Source: a virus
Lineage: Duplodnaviria; Caudoviricetes
Direction: 5' to 3' (one strand)
DNA: 64,000 bases
Virus record (IMG/VR): IMGVR_UViG_3300035670_000121
Span: 21,616 to 85,615 of that record
This document shows positions 20,587-30,471 of the stretch, piece after piece. The notes under the pieces are model-generated. The model had not been told where the DNA came from and did no database searches. It saw nothing but the letters and a program-made list of their open reading frames with translations. The position numbers were made by a program, and so were the translations under genes. Numbering within the stretch: the stretch's first letter is position 1; each line of letters starts with the position of its first letter.

Positions 20587-20811
20587 ATGAATAATAATTT
20601 CGTCCCATTTTGTACTTTTAATACTGGAACTACTATTAGTTGCCCAAGCGAAAGAAGCATATATGTCACTGCTGCTTTAGGTAGTATTAGCGGTAGTGCT
20701 GGTGTTGTTTCAGTCGGTGCTAATCAAGTTCTTCAGCCTTCTGTGCCTGTTAAATTTGATTCAAATATTAGTGGCGCTGCTCGTACAATTTTCTATTATA
20801 TTGCTGATTAA
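20587..20811 (+). CDS. Hypothetical protein
   Basis: ORF track; GTGTAA at 20570. Confidence 0.65.
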   Translation: MNNNFVPFCTFNTGTTISCPSERSIYVTAALGSISGSAGVVSVGANQVLQPSVPVKFDSNISGAARTIFYYIAD

Positions 20812-20850
20812 TTGGTAGAAATTTTGCTTCGCAAGACTTATCATCTTGCG

Positions 20851-21420
20851 ATGAATCTACAAATTTATAAGCCTAATTCGAAGAATACCGGCTGCGCTAT
20901 TAGTTTTCAAATTTCCCAAAAGAACGATCAAGAGCCTCAGTTCTACGTAAATTGTATTGCACAACATTCTTGGGACGAACAAAAGAAAACAGGTTCTTTT
21001 GCAGAGAGCAGGAATAATCCCGCAAAGACTATCGCCATCAAGTTCAATGAATTTGAACTTGGTGAAATAATTAACGCTTTTCAAACAAAAGCTAATTATT
21101 CTGCTTTTCATTCAAGCGAGTCAAACAAGACTCAAATTAAGTTTGGTCCATATGAAAAGAAGAAGGGTACTGGCGAATATACTGTGACTTATACAGCTTA
21201 TGGATTATCATTTATCAGAAATGGAGCTGATACGTTTAAGGTTCCACTTGAACCTGGCGAAATGGTTCGATTAGTAGCTTTCATCAATAAGTTTTATTCA
21301 TTGCTAGACGATACTCGAAAGATAGCTCCAAAGGGGGATTATAAGAATCAAGCTTCAAAAGCTCAAGCTCCAGCGCCAGCGAAGACCAATAAAGTTGAAA
21401 CTGAAGATTCTGAATTCTAA
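20851..21420 (+). CDS. Putative Whirly/PC4-fold ssDNA-binding protein with acidic tail
   Basis: IYK..., IKFNEFELGEII, AFH, VPLEPGEMVRL pattern; ends ETEDSEF. Confidence 0.5.
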   Translation: MNLQIYKPNSKNTGCAISFQISQKNDQEPQFYVNCIAQHSWDEQKKTGSFAESRNNPAKTIAIKFNEFELGEIINAFQTKANYSAFHSSESNKTQIKFGPYEKKKGTGEYTVTYTAYGLSFIRNGADTFKVPLEPGEMVRLVAFINKFYSLLDDTRKIAPKGDYKNQASKAQAPAPAKTNKVETEDSEF

Positions 21421-23306
21421 TGCGTAAAAAAAGAATTCTTATTCATAGTAATCATTGCAAAATGTTTACCGGATTCGGTAAGCATAAGAAAAATTTGTTA
21501 AAATATTTGCACAACACAGGTAAATACGAAATCATTGAATTCAGTAATGGTTATCCGTGGTCTTCTGATGAGTTGCAGTATACTCCTTGGAAAAGCTATG
21601 GATCTTTACCTGATGATCCTGAACATCAAAAAGAAATAGCTAACGACGAAAGAAAAAAATCAACTGCTGGTTATGGCGGTGAAATGATTGATCGGGCTAT
21701 TTATGAATTAAAACCTGGTATTTATTTAGGAATAGAAGATATTTGGGGATTTAATGGATTTTTTGAAAAGCCTTGGTGGAACAAGATTCATTGTATTATA
21801 CATACAACACTAGATAGTTTGCCTATTTTGCCAGACGCTGTAAATGTCGCGTCTAAAATAAAAAATTATTTTGTATGGGCAAGTTTTGCAGAAAAAGCTT
21901 TACACAAATTAGGTCATACACATGTTAAAACAGTACATGGAACGTTAGATGTTAATAATTTCTATAGACTTCCAGACGATGCTCGTTCAAGACTTAGAAA
22001 ACATTTTAATCTAGAAAAAAGTTTTATAATTGGATTTGTATTTAGAAATCAACTAAGAAAATCAGTCCCTAATTTGCTTGATGGATTCAAAATGTTTGAT
22101 GAAGCAAATCCATCTGCTAACGCTAAATTATTATTGCATACATTTTGGAACGAAGGTTGGGATATTCATAGATTATTAAAAGAAAAGGACATTCCTCTTA
22201 ATAAAGTACTTACAACTTATTATTGTAAAAACTGTTACAATTATCATATCAAGCCATTTCAAGGGCAGATTTTAAAATGCGATTATTGTCAACATCCTAA
22301 TTCATGCGAAACAACAAATATTAAAAGTGGCGTAAATGAACAACAGTTGAATGAGATTTATAATTTAATGGATGTTTATTGCCATCCTTTTACAAGCGGT
22401 GGACAAGAAATACCTATTCAAGAAGCAAAACTTACTGAACTGATAACATTAGTAACTAATTATAGTTGTGGTGAAGATTCTTGTAGCTCTGAAAGCGGCG
22501 GCTTCCCTTTAGACTGGGCTGAATACCGAGAACCCGGTACTCAATTTATTAAAGCTTCAACACTACCTACAAGCATTAATGAAAAATTAAAAATGGTATA
22601 CGAAATGGCTTTTGATGAAAAAGTATTACTTGGTAAAAAATCACGTAACTATGTAATCAATAAATATAGTATTGAAATCGTAGGAAAATATTTTGAAGAT
22701 TTATTTGATTCATTTCCTGAAGTCGAATTTGATTATGAGAAAGTGGATATGACTCCAAATGCATATTTTGAACCCAACAATTCTTTAAATGATAAAGAAT
22801 GGATTGAGTCATTGTATGAAAATCTTTTAAAACGAAAAGATTCGTCTGGCGTTATTCATTGGTTGCAACGCTTGAAGACTGATTTAAAAAGACAAGATGT
22901 ATTAACTTATTTTAGAAAAGTTGCGCTATCAGAAATACAAAAAGCTGAATTTGAGAAAATGCTCAAAATTCTAAATGAAGATAAAAGTCTTAAGAAAATC
23001 GCTTATATTCAACCTGATGGAGCTGAAGAAGTTTTGATCGCTACATCAATTCTTCCTTCTATTCAAAAAGTTTATCCTGACCATAAAATTTATTTCTTTA
23101 CAAAAAGCGAGAATTTCGATTTAATAAATTCACATCCAAATGTTTATAAAACATTATCGTATTTTAATAAATTAGATGATCCTCTTTACCTAGAAGGAAA
23201 AGGCAATTTAAATAAATATTTTGATATTGTATTTGCTCCGTATTTATCAATTAGAAACAATTATTTTAGAAACGCTCAAGATATTTTAGAGTATCAAACA
23301 ACATGA
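21420..23306 (+). CDS. GT-B glycosyltransferase (GT4-like) with extra C-terminal domains
   Basis: TGFG, RNQLRKSVP, IYNLMDVYCHP...GGQEIPIQEA. Confidence 0.8.
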   Translation: MRKKRILIHSNHCKMFTGFGKHKKNLLKYLHNTGKYEIIEFSNGYPWSSDELQYTPWKSYGSLPDDPEHQKEIANDERKKSTAGYGGEMIDRAIYELKPGIYLGIEDIWGFNGFFEKPWWNKIHCIIHTTLDSLPILPDAVNVASKIKNYFVWASFAEKALHKLGHTHVKTVHGTLDVNNFYRLPDDARSRLRKHFNLEKSFIIGFVFRNQLRKSVPNLLDGFKMFDEANPSANAKLLLHTFWNEGWDIHRLLKEKDIPLNKVLTTYYCKNCYNYHIKPFQGQILKCDYCQHPNSCETTNIKSGVNEQQLNEIYNLMDVYCHPFTSGGQEIPIQEAKLTELITLVTNYSCGEDSCSSESGGFPLDWAEYREPGTQFIKASTLPTSINEKLKMVYEMAFDEKVLLGKKSRNYVINKYSIEIVGKYFEDLFDSFPEVEFDYEKVDMTPNAYFEPNNSLNDKEWIESLYENLLKRKDSSGVIHWLQRLKTDLKRQDVLTYFRKVALSEIQKAEFEKMLKILNEDKSLKKIAYIQPDGAEEVLIATSILPSIQKVYPDHKIYFFTKSENFDLINSHPNVYKTLSYFNKLDDPLYLEGKGNLNKYFDIVFAPYLSIRNNYFRNAQDILEYQTT

Positions 23307-24496
23307 ATTTAGTAGATAAAATAGCTTTAGATTGTGGAGTTAAAGTTGGAAAACCTTATATAGATAGGCTATTCATGCCTTTGAAAAATCATGACTTTAT
23401 AATTTTTGATACAAGAAGTAAATATTCTCATGGCACATATGATTATTTTGGCGATGTATATGATATTATTCGCGCATATTTAAAACAAAATAATATTGAA
23501 ACATTTCAAATAGCAAATGAAAACTCTCCTCGTTTGCCTTGCGATAAATGTTTTGTAACAATAAATAAGAAGCAAGAAGCTTATCTAATATCAAAAGCTA
23601 AGTTAATTATTTCTAACGAAAATTATAGTTTATATTTCGCTTCAATACTAAATACTAAATCAATAGGATTATATTCTATTAATAATCCTAAAAACACTCA
23701 ACCTATCTGGAACAGAGATTCGCAAATCGTTTTAGAATCTTCAAGAGATGATAATTTACCCAGTTATGGTCAATTAGCAGAAAGCCCCAAAACAGTTAAT
23801 CTAATCGATCCATATCAAATTGCTAGAAATATTTTAAACTCACTAAATATAAAAAATGATTTAAATAAATTTGAATTAGTTCATCTAGGAAAAAATTTTA
23901 ATCAAAGAATTATCGAAGTAATACCAGATTTCACAGCTTCCGCAGAAGTATTAAAAGGAGCTTCAATCAATTTAAGATTAGATTACATAGACGATTTAAA
24001 TCAAAATGTATTTTATTATTGGTTAAGCAACAGAAAAGTAAATATTTTAACAAATAAAAATTTAAATATTAAATCTCTATTGCCATTTAAAAATAATATT
24101 ATTATGATAACAGTTATCATGTCAGATAATATTGATGAGACATTTTTAAAACAGTGCAAACAAAATGGTTTTCGCGTCAGACTTCATTGTCGAGAACCTG
24201 AAAAGATCAAAGATTATCAATATAAATTTTTTGATTGGAATATCGAAAAAGATTTTAAAACAGAATTAAAACTTAAAGGCTTTTCAAATATAAATGAAAA
24301 ATCTTTTTTTATTAGTTCAAAAGTATTAATTTCAAAAGGTAAACAATTTTCTTGTCGAGCTAATCAATTGCAAAACAAATTTCTTGACAAAACCCAAGAA
24401 ACTGTTATCTTCTCTGAAACGTTTGAAGAAGAGTTAGATTATTTTAAAATATACAATGAAAGAGAAGAATCAAGTTTCAATTCCTCAACAGCGTAA
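23303..24496 (+). CDS. Hypothetical protein, possibly GT9-like N-terminal part
   Basis: ORF; QEAYLISKAKLII...KSIGLYS pattern. Confidence 0.55.
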   Translation: MNLVDKIALDCGVKVGKPYIDRLFMPLKNHDFIIFDTRSKYSHGTYDYFGDVYDIIRAYLKQNNIETFQIANENSPRLPCDKCFVTINKKQEAYLISKAKLIISNENYSLYFASILNTKSIGLYSINNPKNTQPIWNRDSQIVLESSRDDNLPSYGQLAESPKTVNLIDPYQIARNILNSLNIKNDLNKFELVHLGKNFNQRIIEVIPDFTASAEVLKGASINLRLDYIDDLNQNVFYYWLSNRKVNILTNKNLNIKSLLPFKNNIIMITVIMSDNIDETFLKQCKQNGFRVRLHCREPEKIKDYQYKFFDWNIEKDFKTELKLKGFSNINEKSFFISSKVLISKGKQFSCRANQLQNKFLDKTQETVIFSETFEEELDYFKIYNEREESSFNSSTA

Positions 24497-25205
24497 TGCT
24501 TGGGGATTAATTGAAGGCATTAATTATATTAATAATGAAGATGGCTCTATTAACTGGAGAGCCATGGTTAAGCCTGATCATTTATTCCCTAATAAAGGAT
24601 GGTTTGAAACAAGAAAGCAAGTAGTACCAAATAACATTGAAGGATTAGGCGATCATCAACTCTTAATCAAGTTGGCTGGAATTAAAGAAGTAGCAAAGCT
24701 TCGTGGTTACAAATCAGTTAAGTACGATATTATTAAGTGTGAATCTAGTTATGTTGCAGTAAAATGCGGTATAACTTGGATTCCAAATTATGAAAGTCAA
24801 TATGAAAGTTATTATGAAGATGTGGCAAACGCTACGGTCAATAACACTACGGATTTTGCTGTCAAATTTTTGGAGACGATTGCAGCTAATCGCGCATTCA
24901 TTAGGGCTGTAAGAAACTTTCTTAACATTCATATTGTCGGCAGCGACGAAATTGATTCATCTAAAAAAGGAACTCCAGCCTTATTTGAAGAAGAAGCTGA
25001 AACTGCTTTACCCTCGTCTCAAAACATGCTAGAAAAAACAGCAAAAGCTCATGGTCTATCTAGCTTTGAAGAGTTTCAGGATTATTTAAGAAAAGCTTGG
25101 AAGATGAATGTTTATCGTAATGAAGAAACAAAAGTTTGGACTTCATACAGCGATATTCCTGCAAAAGAAGCTAGAATTTTAATGTCTATTATTAAAGATA
25201 AATAA
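24456..25205 (+). CDS. Hypothetical protein, possibly a Rad52/Erf-like annealing protein
   Basis: LETIAANRAFIRAVRNFLNI..GSDEI helix pattern; function inferred. Confidence 0.45.
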   Translation: MKEKNQVSIPQQRNAWGLIEGINYINNEDGSINWRAMVKPDHLFPNKGWFETRKQVVPNNIEGLGDHQLLIKLAGIKEVAKLRGYKSVKYDIIKCESSYVAVKCGITWIPNYESQYESYYEDVANATVNNTTDFAVKFLETIAANRAFIRAVRNFLNIHIVGSDEIDSSKKGTPALFEEEAETALPSSQNMLEKTAKAHGLSSFEEFQDYLRKAWKMNVYRNEETKVWTSYSDIPAKEARILMSIIKDK

Positions 25206-25211
25206 TATAAA

Positions 25212-25652
25212 ATGCATAAGCAATATATTTCAATTCCTATTAAGAAGCTTTCTGACAAAGCTACTATTCCTAGTCAAGGCAGTACTGAAGCTGCTGGATA
25301 TGATCTTTATGCAGCTGAAAACGTAGTTGTTTATAGCTTGAGCCGAGCATTAATTAAGACAAATATTTCAATTGCAATCCCTGAAGGTTATTATGGACGA
25401 ATTGCCCCACGATCAGGGCTAGCTTATAAAAATGGAATTGATGTTTTAGCTGGTGTTATTGATTCAGATTATCGTGGCGATATAGGTGTTATTTTATTTA
25501 ATACGAGCACAACAAATGAGTTTCAAGTAAAAGCAGGCGATAGAATAGCTCAAATCATTATAGAAAAATGCCATAATGTTCATTGGGATTTAGAAGAAAA
25601 TCTAGATCAGACTAAAAGAGAACAGAAAGGATTCGGTAGTACCGGAGTATGA
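25212..25652 (+). CDS. dut: Trimeric dUTPase
   Basis: AAGYDL, PRSGLA, GVIDSDYRG, RIAQ, GFGSTG. Confidence 0.96.
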   Translation: MHKQYISIPIKKLSDKATIPSQGSTEAAGYDLYAAENVVVYSLSRALIKTNISIAIPEGYYGRIAPRSGLAYKNGIDVLAGVIDSDYRGDIGVILFNTSTTNEFQVKAGDRIAQIIIEKCHNVHWDLEENLDQTKREQKGFGSTGV

Positions 25653-25927
25653 ACTTAAAACATATTAAAAAAATTATAGACAAGCAATTTAAGATTGCTG
25701 GTATTGATTTAAAGTATGAAGATGTTTGTAATAACCAGATACCTGAATGGTATAGAAAATTAACTTGTACTCAAGAGCAGAACGAAAAATGGAAGAATTG
25801 GACTCTTAAGTATATGAAAGATAAGCTTAAACTTACAAAAGATAAAGCTTATATTGAAACCTCATGGTTAAATTTAAATTACGGACTAAAAGTAAAAAAT
25901 AAAAAGAATGAAAATTCTAAAAAGTAA
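25649..25927 (+). CDS. Hypothetical protein
   Basis: ORF track, coupled to dut. Confidence 0.65.
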   Translation: MNLKHIKKIIDKQFKIAGIDLKYEDVCNNQIPEWYRKLTCTQEQNEKWKNWTLKYMKDKLKLTKDKAYIETSWLNLNYGLKVKNKKNENSKK

Positions 25928-26870
25928 ATCCGTTTATTATGATGATGTAAATTTAATTGCGCAGCCATCAGAAATAATATCTAGATCGCACATTGAACGT
26001 GAACTTCACAGAATTATTGTTTCGCCAATGCAAGCTGTTGTTGGAAAAACATTTGCTCGAACTGCTTATAATTATGGCGTTTCTGTTGCGCTTCATAGAT
26101 TCTGCAAAATTAACGAATTAATTGAAACATTCAAATATGTCAATGAGAGCAATGATATAAGTAAAGGCAATAAAATTTGGTGTTCTATTGCTTTGAATGA
26201 TTATTCTTCTTTTGAAGCTTTATATGATAATGGCGCTAGAAATTTCATTATTGATATTGCTAATGGATATTTGAGTTCTGTTGATTCTATGATTAAGTGT
26301 TTGAATTATGATTATAAAGGCTCTGAAACTTCAATAATGGTAGGTAACGTTCATACTGAACAAGGTCTTAATTTATATAAAAATTATGATAATGTTTGGG
26401 TAAGAGTTGGAATTGGTCAAGGATCAGGTTGCACGACTAAAGATCAAACAGGCTACACAAGAGGTCAAATTACTGAAATTAGTGAATGTTATAATGATAG
26501 AGTTAATTCTAATAATATAATTGCAGATGGCGGAATTAAAAATGGTGGCGACGCAGCTAAAGCTTTTGGTGCGGGTGCTGACTATGTTATGATGGGTGGT
26601 TATTTCGCTAAAACAAATGAAGCACAAAATGTAATTGATGGTGTTTATCAATTTTGGGGTTCAGCGAGTAAAAAACAATTAGAGTTAAGCGGTAAGAAAA
26701 GAGATCACGCTGAAGGCAGAACTTACGATATTGATCAAACACAAATTGAACCCTTAAAGAATAAAATTGATGAATTATGGAGTGCTATTTCTTCTGCTGT
26801 TTCTTATTCAGGTTATAATAGTTTAAGTGAATTTATAGGAAGAGGGGTTTATGAAATCAAAGAAAGATAA
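25908..26870 (+). CDS. GMP reductase / IMPDH family oxidoreductase
   Basis: DIANG, VGNV, VGIGQGSGCTT, IADGGI, GADYVMMG, HAEG. Confidence 0.85.
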   Translation: MKILKSKSVYYDDVNLIAQPSEIISRSHIERELHRIIVSPMQAVVGKTFARTAYNYGVSVALHRFCKINELIETFKYVNESNDISKGNKIWCSIALNDYSSFEALYDNGARNFIIDIANGYLSSVDSMIKCLNYDYKGSETSIMVGNVHTEQGLNLYKNYDNVWVRVGIGQGSGCTTKDQTGYTRGQITEISECYNDRVNSNNIIADGGIKNGGDAAKAFGAGADYVMMGGYFAKTNEAQNVIDGVYQFWGSASKKQLELSGKKRDHAEGRTYDIDQTQIEPLKNKIDELWSAISSAVSYSGYNSLSEFIGRGVYEIKER

Positions 26871-27132
26871 TCTCCTTTTTAATGCATGTAAAATACTTGA
26901 TACTGATTATGTAGATTATGGCGGCAAAATAACTCGTTGGGCCGATCCAGATAATAATTATTTAGATTGCAGTTGTGGTTGTAAATTTTTCAATCCATTA
27001 TATAATAATAGGTATGATGGAGCTGATATGGATTTTGGCGTTTGTTTAAATCCAAAAAGTAAAAGATATGGCTTGTTGACATTTGAGCATCAAGCAGGTT
27101 TTGGATGTTTCGAAATAGAAAAAATTAAATAA
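26851..27132 (+). CDS. Cys-rich hypothetical protein
   Basis: DCSCGCKFF...FGVCLNP...LTFEH..GC. Confidence 0.65.
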   Translation: MKSKKDNLLFNACKILDTDYVDYGGKITRWADPDNNYLDCSCGCKFFNPLYNNRYDGADMDFGVCLNPKSKRYGLLTFEHQAGFGCFEIEKIK

Positions 27133-27133
27133 C

Positions 27134-27208
27134 TGAGGCGTCGTATAACGGCTATTACTTCTGGTTTTGGCCCAGAAAATGGAGGTTCGATCCCTTCCGC
27201 CTCAGCCA
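27134..27208 (+). tRNA. tRNA-Gln(UUG)
   Basis: TGAGGCG/CGCCTCA acceptor, TCTGG-TTTTGGC-CCAGA anticodon arm, TTCGAT, encoded CCA. Confidence 0.93.
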
Positions 27209-27214
27209 CTCTCA

Positions 27215-27418
27215 ATGCAAAATAAATTAGAAGAAATTAAAAAAATCGTTCAAGAACTATCTGACAATATCTATAATGTAAATACAGATCAAAAAACTGC
27301 ATTCATTATTAAAGAAATCGATAAGCTTGTTCAAAAATGTTATACTGAAATATATAATGTTACTGATACAAAATACCAATTAAATAGTGTAAGTGATAAA
27401 CATGGACACTGCTGCTAA
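27215..27418 (+). CDS. Hypothetical protein
   Basis: ORF, start moved downstream of the tRNA. Confidence 0.55.
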   Translation: MQNKLEEIKKIVQELSDNIYNVNTDQKTAFIIKEIDKLVQKCYTEIYNVTDTKYQLNSVSDKHGHCC

Positions 27419-27575
27419 AATAACGACTCCATGTATTAGAGTTTGTAAATTATTAAATGACGTTTGTTATGCTTGTCAAAGGACAAGACAAGAAATAACG
27501 AACTGGTCTTTCTATTCTGAAGATAAAAGAAAAGAAATAATGGAGGAATTAAATGAGCGCAGGAAAAGGAAGTAA
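27402..27575 (+). CDS. DUF1289 (YdhL-like) Cys-rich protein
   Basis: TPCIRVC...CYACQRTRQEITNW. Confidence 0.8.
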   Translation: MDTAAKITTPCIRVCKLLNDVCYACQRTRQEITNWSFYSEDKRKEIMEELNERRKRK

Positions 27576-27702
27576 ACCCAGAAACTGTTTCAGTAAAGAT
27601 TTTAAAAATAATTACGATTCAATTGATTGGAAAAACAAGGACAAACAATGCCCTACGAATACAAAGCAAAATTCAAAAAAGTCATCGATGGAGACACTTT
27701 AA
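27553..27702 (+). CDS. Small phage protein (MSAGKGSKPR...NYDSIDW), not in ORF track
   Basis: 49-codon ORF with a motif common in phages. Confidence 0.5.
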   Translation: MSAGKGSKPRNCFSKDFKNNYDSIDWKNKDKQCPTNTKQNSKKSSMETL

Positions 27703-28100
27703 TATTAGATATTGATTTGGGTTTCAATATTGTATTATCTAATCAAACTGTAAGATTGATTGGTATCGATACTCCAGAAAGCCGTTCTAAAGACAAGATA
27801 GAAAAAATCTTTGGAATTCTTAGTAAAAAAGCTGTCGAAGAATTCATGAAAGCGGAAGATAAATTAATTATTCAAACTGTTTTTAATGACGACAATGAAG
27901 ATAAATTTGGTAGAATACTTGGTAAAATAATTACTTCTAGCAAAGTATGCTTGAATGATTGGTTGATTGATCATAATTATGCTGTTCTATACAAAGGCGA
28001 AAATAAAGAATTAGTTAAACAAGCTCATTTAAAAAATAGAAAAACTTTAATAGATAATAAGATAGTACAAATATCATATGCTGAAGCTGGAATAATTTAG
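27648..28100 (+). CDS. Thermonuclease (SNase-like)
   Basis: VIDGDT, VRLIGIDTPE, DKFGRILG. Confidence 0.9.
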   Translation: MPYEYKAKFKKVIDGDTLILDIDLGFNIVLSNQTVRLIGIDTPESRSKDKIEKIFGILSKKAVEEFMKAEDKLIIQTVFNDDNEDKFGRILGKIITSSKVCLNDWLIDHNYAVLYKGENKELVKQAHLKNRKTLIDNKIVQISYAEAGII

Positions 28101-28182
28101 TTTATAAATATATAATAAGCGTGAAGAAACGAAGACAAGATTAATTTCTTGTCTTTTTTTATTTTAAAGTGTAAATAAATTT

Positions 28183-29472
28183 ATGGCTGAATTATTCGCA
28201 ACTCAAGCGCCTCAAAATGTAAATTGTACTCTTATTTACGATAAAACAAGAGAATTTTATCGACCTTTTACGAATTTTGATTTTGCTGGTGGACAAGCTG
28301 GTGTTGATGCTTTCGGTAGACAAAGAGTATCAAATCCAGAAATGATATTTAACACTAAACAGATATTTGATAATCAGCCTTTATATTTTGATGATATTCA
28401 AGAAAGTGGCTCTGGCACGACTTCAACATATGATAAAAATAGAGCATCAAGCACATTAGCCGTATCAGCTAATACAACTGGTAAAAGAACGCGACAAACA
28501 TTTATGCGTTTTAATTATCAGTCAGGTAAAGCGCAATTAATTTTTATAACTGGTATTTTAAAAAAATCAGGTGGCGGTACAGGAATAACTACTAGGATGG
28601 GTTATTTCGATGATCAAAACGGTATATTTTTACAAAGATCTGGTTCAACCGTTGGTATTGTTTTAAGATCTTATATAGATGGTTCTGTTTCTGATACGAT
28701 TGTCACACAGTCTAATTGGAATATAGATCAAATGCAAGGTAATGGACCAAGCGGCGTAGAATTAGATTTCAGTAAAACTCAAATTTTAGTTATAGATTTT
28801 GAATGGTTAGGAGTTGGCAGAGTTAGAATTGGTTTTAATGTAGACGGGGTTACATATTATTGCCATGAATTTTTAAATGCTAATAATAAAACAGGAGTTT
28901 ATATGTCAACTCCTAATTTGCCTGTTAGATATCAAATTGAGAATAACGGTTCTGGTGTTGCTTCATCTATTGAATGTATTTGTTGTGCTGTTATTAGTGA
29001 AGGTGGACGCGAAGAAGTTGCAACAAATGGATATATATCAACAAATGGAACTTCAGTAGAAGCTACAAAAACATATTTAAATGCGATTTTAGCGATTAGA
29101 TTAAAAACTGGTTATGTTGGCACTACAGTTGATATTCTAGATTTAAGTTTAATTACAACAAGTAATGACAATTATGAATGGAAATTAGTTTTAAATCCAT
29201 CAGGCATAAATGGTTTAAACTATTCTAGTATCGACAACAGTAGTTTGGAATATGCTATTGCGCCTAATCAAACTCATATATCAGGAGGTTATGCTATGGC
29301 TGGTGGTTACGCTCAAGCTAAAACTGATATTCAAGCCGATTCACTCAAATCTTTATTAAAATTAGGTTCATCAATTACGGGATTAAGAGATCAATTAGTT
29401 TTAGCTTGTTATCCTCTCGGGTCTTCTAATTCTGTAGTTTATGGAGGTTTAAATTATAGAGAATTTAATTAA
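28183..29472 (+). CDS. Probable virion/structural protein (DAFGRQRVSNP family)
   Basis: Beta-rich; RYQSGK-like and DFEWLGVGRVR motifs; GTGTAA upstream. Confidence 0.6.
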   Translation: MAELFATQAPQNVNCTLIYDKTREFYRPFTNFDFAGGQAGVDAFGRQRVSNPEMIFNTKQIFDNQPLYFDDIQESGSGTTSTYDKNRASSTLAVSANTTGKRTRQTFMRFNYQSGKAQLIFITGILKKSGGGTGITTRMGYFDDQNGIFLQRSGSTVGIVLRSYIDGSVSDTIVTQSNWNIDQMQGNGPSGVELDFSKTQILVIDFEWLGVGRVRIGFNVDGVTYYCHEFLNANNKTGVYMSTPNLPVRYQIENNGSGVASSIECICCAVISEGGREEVATNGYISTNGTSVEATKTYLNAILAIRLKTGYVGTTVDILDLSLITTSNDNYEWKLVLNPSGINGLNYSSIDNSSLEYAIAPNQTHISGGYAMAGGYAQAKTDIQADSLKSLLKLGSSITGLRDQLVLACYPLGSSNSVVYGGLNYREFN

Positions 29473-29505
29473 TCTATTTGATTAATTTTTTGTGTAAAAG
29501 TTTGT

Positions 29506-30462
29506 GTGCATAGGTATCTTTATATAGCTTTAAGCTGTATTATTTTAAGCGGATGCGCCGTACTTCGCGGCACTAAAGCTAATACAGCCAGTCAAACAGC
29601 TATTATCAAAGAAGAGAAAAAAGCTTTAGATATCGATAAAGCTATTCAAAATAATTCCAATGAACAGTTAAAACAAACCGCTGCTTATGCATACGGAGTA
29701 GGCTACTCATTAAATCAAGTCCAGAATCCTTCTGTTGAAGTTATAACAGCAGGCAGAATGAACGACAGAGTAGTTGCAATAGTCGGCGCTCCAAATTTAA
29801 AAGAAAGTGAAAGAATCCGCAAATTAGTCGATTATTTAAATTCCGAAATAGACAACGAACGATCTAAAGGAGAAAAAATACTAATAGAAAAAGATAAAGA
29901 AATAACCGGGCTTCAAACACAAAAAAATGAATTAGAAAAAAATTACGATGCGCAAATAGAAAAATTAATCGCACAATCCAAAGAAGTAGCTAAAAAATCA
30001 GACGAAAAACAAACCACTCTAGATTCGATGAGTGGTCTTATGGGTTTAAATGCTGTATTTTGGGGACTTAAAAAATTTTTTTTTACAACATTAACTTGGA
30101 TAGTTATATTTGCAATTATATTCTTAATTTTAAGAATCGCTTCAGCAACCAATCCGATAGCTGCTGCTGCATTTTCCATTTTTAATATTATAGGTTCATT
30201 TATAATTAATTTATTCAAAACACTCACGCCTCAAGCTTTTGGTCTATGTAATCTTGTTAAAAGTAATGACATGGTTAAATATAAAATCACATTAACTAAA
30301 ATAGTTGATGTGATTCAAGAATTTAAAACGAAAGAAGATCAGAAAGATGGCGACGAGTTCAGCTTGAATGAATTTTTAACAAAATTATCAATTGATATGG
30401 ATCAATCTGATAAAAACACTGTAAATGAAATTTTAATAGAAGAAAAGTGGAAAAAATCTTAA
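29506..30462 (+). CDS. Lipoprotein with coiled coil and two TM helices (possible lysis/spanin-like)
   Basis: Lipobox ILSGC, coiled coil, hydrophobic helices. Confidence 0.6.
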   Translation: MHRYLYIALSCIILSGCAVLRGTKANTASQTAIIKEEKKALDIDKAIQNNSNEQLKQTAAYAYGVGYSLNQVQNPSVEVITAGRMNDRVVAIVGAPNLKESERIRKLVDYLNSEIDNERSKGEKILIEKDKEITGLQTQKNELEKNYDAQIEKLIAQSKEVAKKSDEKQTTLDSMSGLMGLNAVFWGLKKFFFTTLTWIVIFAIIFLILRIASATNPIAAAAFSIFNIIGSFIINLFKTLTPQAFGLCNLVKSNDMVKYKITLTKIVDVIQEFKTKEDQKDGDEFSLNEFLTKLSIDMDQSDKNTVNEILIEEKWKKS

Positions 30463-30471
30463 TATTTTAAA

